Shown: positions 38,462 to 47,523 of the stretch, in pieces | Layout of the letters: the number at the start of each line of letters is the position of its first letter | Numbering within the stretch: position 1 is the first letter of the stretch | NCBI GenBank assembly: GCA_046051225.1 | Contig: JBJOOR010000017.1 | Span: 4,879-68,878, forward strand | Source: Bacteroidota bacterium | GTDB lineage: Bacteria; Bacteroidota; Bacteroidia; Chitinophagales; CAIODY01 | Direction: 5' to 3' | Length of the DNA stretch: 64,000 bases | Position numbers and translations under genes: made by a program | The notes under the pieces: generated by a model | Seen by the model: the letters and a program-made list of their open reading frames with translations, nothing else | Databases searched by the model: none | Told to the model about the DNA's origin: nothing

Positions 38462-38561
38462 TTCACTCGACCATTTGCTGAACGTGCGATGGATATTGCG
38501 ATTGCGGATGCGATGAAAGGGAAAAAGATTTTGGAATAATTAGCCAATTTGATGATATGCT
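38462..38561 (+). repeat. 100-bp direct repeat copy B (orphan hscA 3' end abutting and overlapping the osmC-family 3' end)
   Basis: Encodes [25 protein letters not shown], which is not in frame with the preceding ORF. The last 22 nt are antisense to the final codons of the 38540-39049 gene. Confidence 0.9.
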
Positions 38562-39049
38562 GATTCGATGTTTACACCTTTTACTAAAGTTTGATACACC
38601 ACACAATATCTTTCGGTAAGTTTTGCAAGCGATTGCATTTGTTCGTCTGTTGCATCTGCTTTAAGAAGAAAAGAAAGACGAATAGCCGTAAACCCTACAG
38701 GCACTTCTTTCGATACACCCAATGTGCCTCTAAAATCTAAATCGCCTTCGGCTGTTATACTACCTTCTTTTATTTCAATACCGATAGCTGTTGCTACGGC
38801 TTGCAGTGTAACACCTGCACAAGCCACTAAAGCCTCCAACAACATATCGCCACTACAAGCCAACAAGCCTGTGCCTCCTGTAGCACTGTGTAAGCCAGCT
38901 TCTACTATGGCTTTGCCCGTATCAATTTTGCATGATATACCTTCGCCAACTTTTCCGTTTGCTTTTAATGTGATAATGGCTGCATTAGGTTGATGACGGT
39001 ATTTTTCTTTTAGCGGTGCTTGTAAAGTTTTTAATTCTTCTGCATTCAT
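38540..39049 (-). CDS. OsmC/Ohr-family peroxiredoxin-like protein
   Basis: 169 aa. The GGTGLLACSGDMLLEALVACAG block with paired Cys and the overall OsmC-like pattern. Confidence 0.8.
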   Translation of the reverse strand: MNAEELKTLQAPLKEKYRHQPNAAIITLKANGKVGEGISCKIDTGKAIVEAGLHSATGGTGLLACSGDMLLEALVACAGVTLQAVATAIGIEIKEGSITAEGDLDFRGTLGVSKEVPVGFTAIRLSFLLKADATDEQMQSLAKLTERYCVVYQTLVKGVNIESAYHQIG

Positions 39050-39209
39050 ATTGATTTCTTGCGCCTACTCTTTATTCGGATTTTCAGCTTTGCTCCGTTG
39101 TTGTTTTTATTGTTCAAACGAGTTTATCACTCTTTGTTTTTATTTGACGATTTAATTCCGATTATTCGGAACGTCTATTACCTATGCCGAGTACAAACTC
39201 AACAGAAAA

Positions 39210-39338
39210 TCATGGACGATTGGCTACATAGATAACAAAAACTGATATTATTTTTTTCATTTTTTTACTTCTTTTTTGCTGTGCAAATAAAGCCGTAGCA
39301 AAAAGCAAAAAAAGAAAAGATAGAAATGTGTTTTTCAT
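39210..39338 (-). pseudogene. truncated third copy of the beta-barrel gene (signal peptide only, then unrelated sequence and stop)
   Basis: MKNTFLSFLFLLFATALFAQQK is identical to the N-terminus of ORF 39663-40373. It then diverges and stops after 42 aa. Confidence 0.7.
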
Positions 39339-39400
39339 GATGTTTGGTTTTTTAAATAAATGATTTGGGTATTACTAATAAAATCATCTCTTCTATCCAT
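39274..39400. repeat. junction repeat copy I (~127 bp)
   Basis: Near-identical to 40309-40436 and 41295-41421. Covers the 3' end of the small gene, the junction, and the signal-peptide coding part of the barrel gene. Confidence 0.9.
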
Positions 39401-39651
39401 TATTCTTTTAGAATAAATCAAAAAATCGTTTAAATATTTTGTATCATTAGTAGCTTCAAACATATTGATGTAGGATTGTAAAAACTTAGTACCAATAGAA
39501 TGAATAAAAAAAACACATTGCTTCTAAATGAAGCTCCCTGCCCTCCATAACTTTGTAACTCTATTGAATCAAATTTATTGCGATACGTTTGTGAAAAAGC
39601 AGTTGAGCAAACTATACCCAATAAAAATATTGCTATTAAAATTTGTTTCAT
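39335..39651 (-). pseudogene. small secreted protein gene (paralog of 40407-40685) split by a frameshift at an A8/T8 tract
   Basis: The N-terminal frame (39651 down to the tract) matches the paralog through GGQGASFRSN. The match continues in the +2 frame (KFLQSYINMFEATNDTKYLNDFLIYSKRIMDRRDDF). The tract is at 39506-39513. Confidence 0.7.
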
Positions 39652-39662
39652 AATTGTAGTTT

Positions 39663-40373
39663 TTAGAATGAAATAATTAAGCCTGTTTTATAGTATATAT
39701 AAAGCGCTGGAGACCAATCTGGAACTGGTTTTGAATAGCTAGTTTCAATAATTAATGGGACTGAAATGGAAAAGTGTTTATAAGTTCTTTTTATACTTAG
39801 TCCTATGTTTTCAAAATCTCTAAAATCATCTGTGAATTTTAAAAGTTGATAATAATCTTTATTAATAAATTTCAAGTAGCTTGAAGAAATTAGATTTTTT
39901 TCAAACCCAACATGAATTGTTAATTCATTTCTTTTTATTTTGAATAATCTGTACCCTAAACCAATAATTAAATTTCCTCTATAATCAGCATCTTCAATTT
40001 TCAAGTTACTTGTAGCTGCATGTGGTATATGGTTATATTCAAAACCATCTGCATAATATTGCCGCAATGAGTACCTATACGAAATACCAAAAGCCGAAAA
40101 AAATCTACCATAAGCTAAATTAACATTTGCAAAAAAATCATGTCCAATTAGGGTAGAATAATCTCTATAAGGTCTGATGTAGGGGGTCCAGTCTGGTTCA
40201 AATTTTTTAATATCGATTAAATACAAATTTACATTTTCTTTTACAAGCAAAGCCCCAAAAGAGAATTCGATTTTTAGCTTATCTTTATGTTTTATATCAA
40301 TACTATCCTTTTGCTGTGCAAATAAAGCCGTAGCAAAAAGCAAAAAAAGAAAAGATAGAAATGTGTTTTTCAT
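39663..40373 (-). CDS. putative outer-membrane beta-barrel protein, array copy 2
   Basis: 236 aa with a signal peptide, alternating hydrophobic pattern, aromatic-rich composition and a C-terminal Phe (GLIISF). Confidence 0.6.
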   Translation of the reverse strand: MKNTFLSFLFLLFATALFAQQKDSIDIKHKDKLKIEFSFGALLVKENVNLYLIDIKKFEPDWTPYIRPYRDYSTLIGHDFFANVNLAYGRFFSAFGISYRYSLRQYYADGFEYNHIPHAATSNLKIEDADYRGNLIIGLGYRLFKIKRNELTIHVGFEKNLISSSYLKFINKDYYQLLKFTDDFRDFENIGLSIKRTYKHFSISVPLIIETSYSKPVPDWSPALYIYYKTGLIISF

Positions 40374-40436
40374 GATGTTTGGTTTTTTAAATAAATGATT
40401 TGGGCTTTAATAATAAAAATCATCTCTTCTATCCAT
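40309..40436. repeat. junction repeat copy II
   Basis: See copy I. The offset from copy I is 1035 bp. Confidence 0.9.
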
Positions 40437-40685
40437 CACTCTTTTCGAATGTATTAAAAATTCATTCAAATATTTTACGTCATTCGTTGCTTCATACATG
40501 TTTAAATAGGCGTTCATCGTTTTTGCTTCATACTCCTTAATTTGCGAAGTAAAATTTGAAGACCAACTGTATGCACCACCATTAAAATGTTGACCTCGGT
40601 CAAGGTTGTCAAATTGTTGACGAAAAGATTGTGCATCTAGATTAATTGAAACAATTAATAAAATTACAAAAAGTATATTTTTCAT
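40407..40685 (-). CDS. small secreted protein, array copy 1
   Basis: 92 aa with signal peptide MKNILFVILLIVSINLDAQ. Paralogous to the frameshifted gene at 39335-39651. Confidence 0.6.
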   Translation of the reverse strand: MKNILFVILLIVSINLDAQSFRQQFDNLDRGQHFNGGAYSWSSNFTSQIKEYEAKTMNAYLNMYEATNDVKYLNEFLIHSKRVMDRRDDFYY

Positions 40686-40696
40686 AACTATTGAAT

Positions 40697-41359
40697 TTAA
40701 TGTAAATATGCGATAAAACCTAGATTAAAAATAAAGTATTGTAGTTTGTAATTATAGGAATCGTAGGCTAAAAATTCAGTCAATCCAACCGTTTTAACAA
40801 TATTTAATTGAGCAATTATATTTTTAAAAAGTTGGTATTGTACAAATCCACCGAAAACAATTGATTGTTCATTTTCTTTCCAAAAGAAGTGTTTGTTAGA
40901 TTGGCTTGATATGTTTAACCACAAATTATCTTCATAGGAATATTGCCACATTTCAGAATACTTGTATCCTAGTTTAGTGTATAAAAAAAATCTTTTAAAA
41001 TGATACGTTTTAATGTTTAAGCCGCCTTGATATGCATTCATATTAAAATACAAATGGTTGTTTACATTTTTTCTATAGAAATCTTCTTGTTCTAAAGTTT
41101 CTCGATTGTAGGCTACATAAATATTAAGTCTTTTGTAAATTTTATAACTTATTTCACATCCATAATTGTAATGAAATACCCCTTTACTTTTACTAAGATC
41201 GAATACTCCAATATTAGGTTTCATGTGTGTTAATCCTCCATTAATATTGATAGAAAATTTATCCTTTCTGTTTTTTAAGGATGCAGAGTCAGTTTTTTGC
41301 TGTGCAAATAAAGCCGAAGCAAAAAGCAAAAAAAGAAAAGATAGAAATGTGTGTTTCAT
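40697..41359 (-). CDS. putative outer-membrane beta-barrel protein, array copy 1
   Basis: 220 aa. Its signal peptide MKHTFLSFLFLLFASALFAQQK is almost identical to copy 2, but the mature part is strongly diverged. Confidence 0.6.
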   Translation of the reverse strand: MKHTFLSFLFLLFASALFAQQKTDSASLKNRKDKFSININGGLTHMKPNIGVFDLSKSKGVFHYNYGCEISYKIYKRLNIYVAYNRETLEQEDFYRKNVNNHLYFNMNAYQGGLNIKTYHFKRFFLYTKLGYKYSEMWQYSYEDNLWLNISSQSNKHFFWKENEQSIVFGGFVQYQLFKNIIAQLNIVKTVGLTEFLAYDSYNYKLQYFIFNLGFIAYLH

Positions 41360-41421
41360 AAGGTTTGGTTTTTTAAATAAATGATTTGGGCATTACTAAT
41401 AAAATCATCTCTTCTGTCCAT
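41295..41421. repeat. junction repeat copy III (includes an orphan 3' remnant of the small gene upstream of 41359)
   Basis: See copy I. The offset from copy II is 986 bp. The remnant reads ...VMDRRDDFISNAQIIYLKNQTL* and overlaps the barrel ATG as ATGA. Confidence 0.9.
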
Positions 41422-41596
41422 TACCCATTACTCTTGATATTCTATCAAGTTTTTTAACTCTATTTGTTTACTAGTCTTTACAAATAACCATATTGCGAAC
41501 ATACAAATCTGTTCATTAAATTTTTTTTTTAAATCAAGCGTATGTATCCAAACTAGGCTATGGCAGAATTTTTTATTATTAGCAGCATCAAATTAT

Positions 41597-43159
41597 TTAA
41601 AAATCTACTTCCATTTTTAATTCATTGGCTAATATTTTTAATGCAGGATTTTTTTCTACCATGGCATTAAATTTTTCCATTGGGGTATATAATTTTTTTT
41701 CGGGGCTTTTTTGAAGAGTAATTTCTTGTTCAATTTTTGGCAAAATTTCATTTATCACTTCAATCGGTTTTTCAACAACATTTTGCTTGGGCATTTGCTG
41801 TTGCATTTTGCTTAAATCAAAACCTTTTAAATTTATACCACTAGTATCCGATGCCGAACTTCCAGTGGCTTTCAGTGCCGTTTTGGGTATGTATTGTGGC
41901 GTTGGTTCGGCTGCTATTGGATTATTATTTTGCAGTGGTACAGGCTGTTGTGCAACAATAGGTTGAGCAACTTTTGGTGCTTCAATTCCTGCTATTGGTT
42001 CAGTTTTTTTTTTACTATCCGATTCAGTATTCGGAATGTTTACAATTTGAGTAGGCTGCAATAAAACTCGGTTCAAATAACAAAGTTTTATCAAACACAT
42101 TTCTACATGCAATCTTCTATTTTTACTACTGCGATAATGCAAATCGCAATCGTTTAAAATATTTAAAGCACTTAATAAAAATGCTAATGGTGTTTGTTTT
42201 GCTTGCGATGCATATTTTTCTCGAAGGCTTTCAGTTACTTCTAATAAGTTTACTGTGGCTGCATCTTTACACATTAATAAATTACGAAAATGGTCGGCTA
42301 AAGCATTGATTACATTATCGCCCTCAAATCCTTTTTGTAATATTTGATGAAATGTATGCAATACCGTTACTCTATCTTCAACCATCATGGCATCAGCCAT
42401 TTTAAAATTAAATTCGTAATCTAAAATATTAAGCTGTTCTAATACATCATTTATTTGAATATTGCCACTGCAAAAACTTGCCATTTTATCAAACAAACTT
42501 AATGCATCACGTAAGCCACCATCAGCCTTTAAAGCTATCAGGTGCAAGGCTTCATCGCTTGCCGATACATTTCTATCAATAGCAATTTTTTTAAGATGAG
42601 CTACCATATCATCCATCTTAATTCTATTAAAATCGAATACTTGGCAACGACTTAAAATAGTAGGAATTATTTTTTGTTTTTCGGTAGTAGCTAAAATAAA
42701 AATGGCATAAGGTGGTGGTTCTTCTAATGTTTTTAAAAAAGCATTAAATGCCTGCGAACTAAGCATGTGAACCTCATCAATAATATAAACTTTATATTTT
42801 GAACCTTGTGGCGGAATACGAACCTGCTGCACCAATTCGCGAATATCATCTACCGAATTATTGCTGGCAGCATCTAATTCGAAAATATTAAAGGATGAAT
42901 TGCTATTGAATGATTGACAACTGCGGCATTCATTGCATGGTTCAACATCGGCTGTAAGATTTTCGCAATTAATTACCTTAGCTAAAATACGGGCGTTGGT
43001 TGTTTTGCCCACACCTCTTGGGCCACAAAACAAAAATGCATGTGCTAATTGCTGTTGACGTAAGGCATTTTTTAAAGTAGTAGTAATATGGCTTTGCCCC
43101 ACCACATCTTCAAAACGTGCTGGGCGATATTTTCTTGCCGATACTACAAATGCTTCCAT
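41597..43159 (-). CDS. dnaX: DNA polymerase III subunits gamma/tau
   Basis: Start moved to MEAFVVSARKYRPARFEDVVGQ. Walker A GPRGVGKTT, the Zn module CNECRSC, and the SRC motif. Confidence 0.9.
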   Translation of the reverse strand: MEAFVVSARKYRPARFEDVVGQSHITTTLKNALRQQQLAHAFLFCGPRGVGKTTNARILAKVINCENLTADVEPCNECRSCQSFNSNSSFNIFELDAASNNSVDDIRELVQQVRIPPQGSKYKVYIIDEVHMLSSQAFNAFLKTLEEPPPYAIFILATTEKQKIIPTILSRCQVFDFNRIKMDDMVAHLKKIAIDRNVSASDEALHLIALKADGGLRDALSLFDKMASFCSGNIQINDVLEQLNILDYEFNFKMADAMMVEDRVTVLHTFHQILQKGFEGDNVINALADHFRNLLMCKDAATVNLLEVTESLREKYASQAKQTPLAFLLSALNILNDCDLHYRSSKNRRLHVEMCLIKLCYLNRVLLQPTQIVNIPNTESDSKKKTEPIAGIEAPKVAQPIVAQQPVPLQNNNPIAAEPTPQYIPKTALKATGSSASDTSGINLKGFDLSKMQQQMPKQNVVEKPIEVINEILPKIEQEITLQKSPEKKLYTPMEKFNAMVEKNPALKILANELKMEVDF

Positions 43160-43179
43160 CTTATTTTTAATTAGCGATG

Positions 43180-43187
43180 CAAATGTA
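43180..43187 (-). promoter_or_regulatory. -7 promoter box TACATTTG for dnaX
   Basis: Exact TAnnTTTG about 21 nt upstream of ATG 43159. It lies inside the ORF-track N-terminal extension, which argues against that extension. Confidence 0.45.
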
Positions 43188-43247
43188 AAAATATTTCCAT
43201 TCACTAATATCAATCCTTGCATTAACTTTACACCTCATTTCAATCAA

Positions 43248-44606
43248 ATGAAAAAAATAATCTTTGCCTTAATTATCTCTTGTGTTGCTCATTCATCCAT
43301 TGCTCAAAGCGTTTGGAATTTGCAACAATGTGTAAAATATGCTATCGAAAATAATTTGCAACTAAAGCAAAATGTGGTAAACCAAAAGATAGCCCGTGTA
43401 AATTATAACCAAGCTCAATTGGCTTATCTACCATCGCTTACAGGCGATGCTACGCAGTATTTTAGCTTTGGGCGTTCGTTAAATGTTACTTCCAACTCGT
43501 ACGAAAATTCAACATCAGTTTCGTCAAATACTTTTTCATTAAATAGTAGTATTCCGCTATTTGCTGGGCTTACTAAAATGAATCAATTAAAACAAACAGA
43601 ATTAGATTGGCAAGCATCGGGATACGATGCCGAAAAAATGAAAAATGATATTGCCTTAAATGTAGCTGCCTATTATTTATCGAGCCTTAATGCTTGGGAA
43701 CAATTAAAAATAATGAATCATCAGATTGAAATATCTGAATTGCAAAAAGCACAAACACAAAAATTAATAAAAGCTGGGGCAATGGCCGAAATAAGCATTA
43801 AAGATGTAGAAGCTACTGTAGCCAATGATGAGTTGAATATTGTATCGGCGCAAAACAATTATGATGTAGCTATTTTAAATTTAAAACGATTAATGAATAT
43901 TGATGTAAGTCAATCTGTAAACATTGATACAACAAATAAAAATATAACCTTTCAGCCCGAAGCCGATATAGATTTTAATAGAACTTATAGTATAGCATTT
44001 ACACAGCAGCCATCTATTAAAAGCCAACAATTAAAATTTAAATCAGCACAACAATCTATTCAATATTATAAAGGAACACTATTGCCTACATTAAGCCTTT
44101 TTGGAAGTTTAAGAACAAGCTATTCAAGTGCTGCTAAAAATATTATAGGTTTAGATGCAAATGGAAATTTTATTACCGAAAAAATAAAATTTGAAAATCA
44201 AATTGATAAAAACTATGGCAAATCAATTGGCTTCGATTTAAGCATTCCTATCAATAACGGATTTCAAGCCCGAAGTGCTTTGCGCCGTAGCCAATTGCAA
44301 GCCATTAATGCAAAATTTAATTTGCAAATAGCCGAAAAACAATTGCAACAAGATATTGCTCAAGCTTTATTAAATGTAAAAGCAGCAGCAGCAAAGCAAG
44401 AAGCAGCAAAGGCTGTAGCATTAGCGCAGCAAAGTGCATTTGATGCCAATACAAAAAAGTATAATGCTGGTGTTATCAATTTTTTCGATTTTAATACTTC
44501 AAAAAATAATCTTACAAAAGCATTAAGTGATGAAACAAATGCTAAATACGATTACCTTTTTAAAGTAAAAATTCTTGATTTTTATCAAGGCAAATCTTTA
44601 TACTAA
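43248..44606 (+). CDS. TolC-family outer membrane efflux protein
   Basis: 452 aa with a signal peptide and two-repeat coiled-coil/barrel architecture. The N-terminal LQQCVKYAIENNLQLKQ is typical. Confidence 0.85.
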   Translation: MKKIIFALIISCVAHSSIAQSVWNLQQCVKYAIENNLQLKQNVVNQKIARVNYNQAQLAYLPSLTGDATQYFSFGRSLNVTSNSYENSTSVSSNTFSLNSSIPLFAGLTKMNQLKQTELDWQASGYDAEKMKNDIALNVAAYYLSSLNAWEQLKIMNHQIEISELQKAQTQKLIKAGAMAEISIKDVEATVANDELNIVSAQNNYDVAILNLKRLMNIDVSQSVNIDTTNKNITFQPEADIDFNRTYSIAFTQQPSIKSQQLKFKSAQQSIQYYKGTLLPTLSLFGSLRTSYSSAAKNIIGLDANGNFITEKIKFENQIDKNYGKSIGFDLSIPINNGFQARSALRRSQLQAINAKFNLQIAEKQLQQDIAQALLNVKAAAAKQEAAKAVALAQQSAFDANTKKYNAGVINFFDFNTSKNNLTKALSDETNAKYDYLFKVKILDFYQGKSLY

Positions 44607-44630
44607 TCTTATTTTAAAAAACTTTTTTAT

Positions 44631-45923
44631 ATGATTAAGAAAACTATCATAGGGGTAATAATTGTGGCTGCTTTATTGGGCATTGCTAAATGGCAAGGCT
44701 GGTTGGGCGGCAAACATGATGAACAAGTAGCTATTGAACGAGTTACTAAGCATACAATTATTGAAACAGTATCGGCAAGTGGTAAAATACTTCCTGTAGA
44801 AGAAGTAAAAATATCGCCCGATGTACCAGGCGAAATAAAAGAATTGTATGTAAAAGAAGGCGATATAGTAAAAGCTGGACAGTTGTTGGCTCGTATTAAT
44901 CCCGAAATTTATCAAAGCAATGTAGATAGAACAGTGGCTGCTTTAAACGCCACCAAAGCCAATGCTGCTAGCAGCAAAGCTACTTTAAAACAAATACAAG
45001 CACAGCTTGAAAAAGCTGAATCAGACATGAAGCGACAAAAAAAACTATATGATGAAAAAGTAATTTCGGAACAAGATTTTTTATCGGCAACTACTGCTTA
45101 TAAAAATTTACAAGCCCAATTAGAAGCTGCTAAAGAAAATATTTCAGCTGCCGATTTTAATATTAATAGTGCTGTGGCTAATGTAAAAGAAACAAACGAA
45201 AATTTAAACAAAACCATAATTGTAGCCCCAATGAGCGGAACTGTAACACAATTGAATATTGAAAAAGGAGAACGTGTTGTAGGTACTTCGCAAATGGCAG
45301 GAACAGAAATGATGCGTATTGCAAATTTGGATGCCATGGAAGTACGAATTGATATAAGCGAAAGCGATGTAGTTAAAATTCATGTAGGCGATTCGGCACA
45401 TATAAAAGTAGATGCCTATGGCAATAAAGAGTTTGTAGGAATGGTAACCCAAGTTGCCAATGCTTCTAAAAGCTCATCGTCAAATGGCTCGATAGACCAA
45501 GCTACCACTTTCACAGTTAAAATATTAATTCAGGCCTCATCTTATCAAGCATTTGCCGAACAAAAACGGATGAAAAATATTTTTTTACCTGGCATGAATG
45601 CTGGAGTTGAAATATTTACCAGTTCAACTACCGATGTAATAGCTGTGCCTATTCAAGCCGTTACACTTCGTGATGATTCGGCTAAAAGCACCGCCGAAAA
45701 AACTATTCAATCTGAAGTAGTATTTATTGCAAAAAATAATACTGCTGAATTACATAAAGTAAAAACAGGATTGCAAGACACTAAATTTATAGAAATAACT
45801 GAAGGCATAAATATGGGCGATGATGTAATTATTTCGCCAGCCAGTGCTGTTAGCCGCCGATTAACCAATGGGATGAAAATAAAAGTGGTGGATAAAAAAG
45901 AGTTGCAAGCCGAAAACGAATAA
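44631..45923 (+). CDS. efflux transporter periplasmic adaptor (HlyD/MacA-like)
   Basis: N-terminal TM anchor, a lipoyl-like domain (VPGEIKELYVKEGDIVKAGQLLARI), a long coiled coil and a beta-barrel domain. Confidence 0.85.
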   Translation: MIKKTIIGVIIVAALLGIAKWQGWLGGKHDEQVAIERVTKHTIIETVSASGKILPVEEVKISPDVPGEIKELYVKEGDIVKAGQLLARINPEIYQSNVDRTVAALNATKANAASSKATLKQIQAQLEKAESDMKRQKKLYDEKVISEQDFLSATTAYKNLQAQLEAAKENISAADFNINSAVANVKETNENLNKTIIVAPMSGTVTQLNIEKGERVVGTSQMAGTEMMRIANLDAMEVRIDISESDVVKIHVGDSAHIKVDAYGNKEFVGMVTQVANASKSSSSNGSIDQATTFTVKILIQASSYQAFAEQKRMKNIFLPGMNAGVEIFTSSTTDVIAVPIQAVTLRDDSAKSTAEKTIQSEVVFIAKNNTAELHKVKTGLQDTKFIEITEGINMGDDVIISPASAVSRRLTNGMKIKVVDKKELQAENE

Positions 45924-45951
45924 ATAATTATTATTTCAAAACTTAATAAAA

Positions 45952-47517
45952 CTACTTTTTTTGTATTAAAATTCGATAGCGAAAATTTTTAGAAACTTTG
46001 CCATCATTCCAAGGCACATCAATAATTCGGGCTTTAGCTTGATGCATCTTTTGCAATGCAATTAATGTTATTGAATCGTTTTCAAACTGCATACAATTGC
46101 GCTTTGAATAAAAAATATATTGTGGCATATTCCAAGGTATATATTTATTTTCTTGATTTAAAAATACTACTTCATCTATATTCGATTTTGCAATTTCGAT
46201 GGCTACACTTTTAAAATAAAAAGTATCATAGTTTGGCTGATTCATCAAATAATATTGTTCAACCATTTTATATAAATAGAATGAGCTCACCACAAAAAAT
46301 AAAAGCACATATAATTTTGAATGAACTATGTTTTCAAATAATTTATCCACCAAAATGGCTGCTATTATTGAAAATAAGATAGCTGTTTTGGTGGTTGAAA
46401 AATCGTGAACGGCTGTGAAATTAAACAGCAATATATGGTGCAATAATATTGGTATAGCAGTTATCAATATTAAATTAATTTCTGTTTTATATAGGATTGA
46501 TTTAATTGTTTTTTTTGCAGAAAAATGCAACCCTACTACCAATAAAATCATCACGAACAGCCACTTAATAAGTGGTGCAAAATTAGATTTATAATGATGT
46601 ACAATGCTACCTATTCCTTCGTTCGAAAAAATAGATAATTGTGATTCGGCAGCATCATTATTCCAGCCACTTCGGCTAATATATTTTTCTGCAATAGCTT
46701 TATATAAATGTGCTAATCCATCTATTTTACCATATATAAAAATACTGAACAATAAAGCCGAAAGCGCTGTGATAGCAAGCATTAACAGCAATTTGCTATT
46801 TTTTAAAAGGCTATGATTGATAAGTGTATATACAAAAAAAGTTATGCCTAATAAAAAACCAATCCACTCGGTAAAACAAAGGCAGAAATATAAAACAACA
46901 AGTGCGAAAACATATCCATTAAATTTGCCATTATCAGTGGTTGATGTTTGAATTTTCATCCAACAATAAATAACAGCAATTAAAAAAAATTGAGCTTGCA
47001 TATCAACAAAATAGGCATTGCATAAAAACCAAAGTGTAGAAGCCGAAAAGGTGTAGACAACAAAAGCTGTAAGGGCAGCAGGATGCAACCAATATTTATT
47101 GGCAGCGCTATTATTTTTTATAAGATGATAAAGTATTAAGCCGCCTAAAAGATGCAATAGCAGATTAAACAATTCGAGGCTATAAGGTGCTATGGGTAAA
47201 TTAAATAGTTGAATAAAAAAATAAGGAAGTATAAAGCCAAGTGGAGGATACGAAACATAATAACCGTCGCCTAATGCATCATCTACACCACCTAGCGACA
47301 AAATATGTTTATTACATTGTTCATAATAAGTATAAATAGGTGCATAATGGCAATTGGCAATTCCCTTTTTATTCCAAATATCAAAAGTAATTAATGTATG
47401 GGCTGTAAGCCATTCGTGATGATCGCTTAAAGCACGATTAAATAAGGGCTTTCGGATAATTAACGATATACTAAATAGTAAAAAAAGTACAGTCCATTTT
47501 AGTATTTGGCGTTTCAT
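45952..47517 (-). CDS. polytopic membrane protein, GT-C (ArnT/PMT-like) glycosyltransferase candidate
   Basis: 521 aa with at least 10 TM helices and a C-terminal soluble domain. The assignment is by architecture only. Confidence 0.45.
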   Translation of the reverse strand: MKRQILKWTVLFLLFSISLIIRKPLFNRALSDHHEWLTAHTLITFDIWNKKGIANCHYAPIYTYYEQCNKHILSLGGVDDALGDGYYVSYPPLGFILPYFFIQLFNLPIAPYSLELFNLLLHLLGGLILYHLIKNNSAANKYWLHPAALTAFVVYTFSASTLWFLCNAYFVDMQAQFFLIAVIYCWMKIQTSTTDNGKFNGYVFALVVLYFCLCFTEWIGFLLGITFFVYTLINHSLLKNSKLLLMLAITALSALLFSIFIYGKIDGLAHLYKAIAEKYISRSGWNNDAAESQLSIFSNEGIGSIVHHYKSNFAPLIKWLFVMILLVVGLHFSAKKTIKSILYKTEINLILITAIPILLHHILLFNFTAVHDFSTTKTAILFSIIAAILVDKLFENIVHSKLYVLLFFVVSSFYLYKMVEQYYLMNQPNYDTFYFKSVAIEIAKSNIDEVVFLNQENKYIPWNMPQYIFYSKRNCMQFENDSITLIALQKMHQAKARIIDVPWNDGKVSKNFRYRILIQKK

Positions 47518-47523
47518 AATTTA

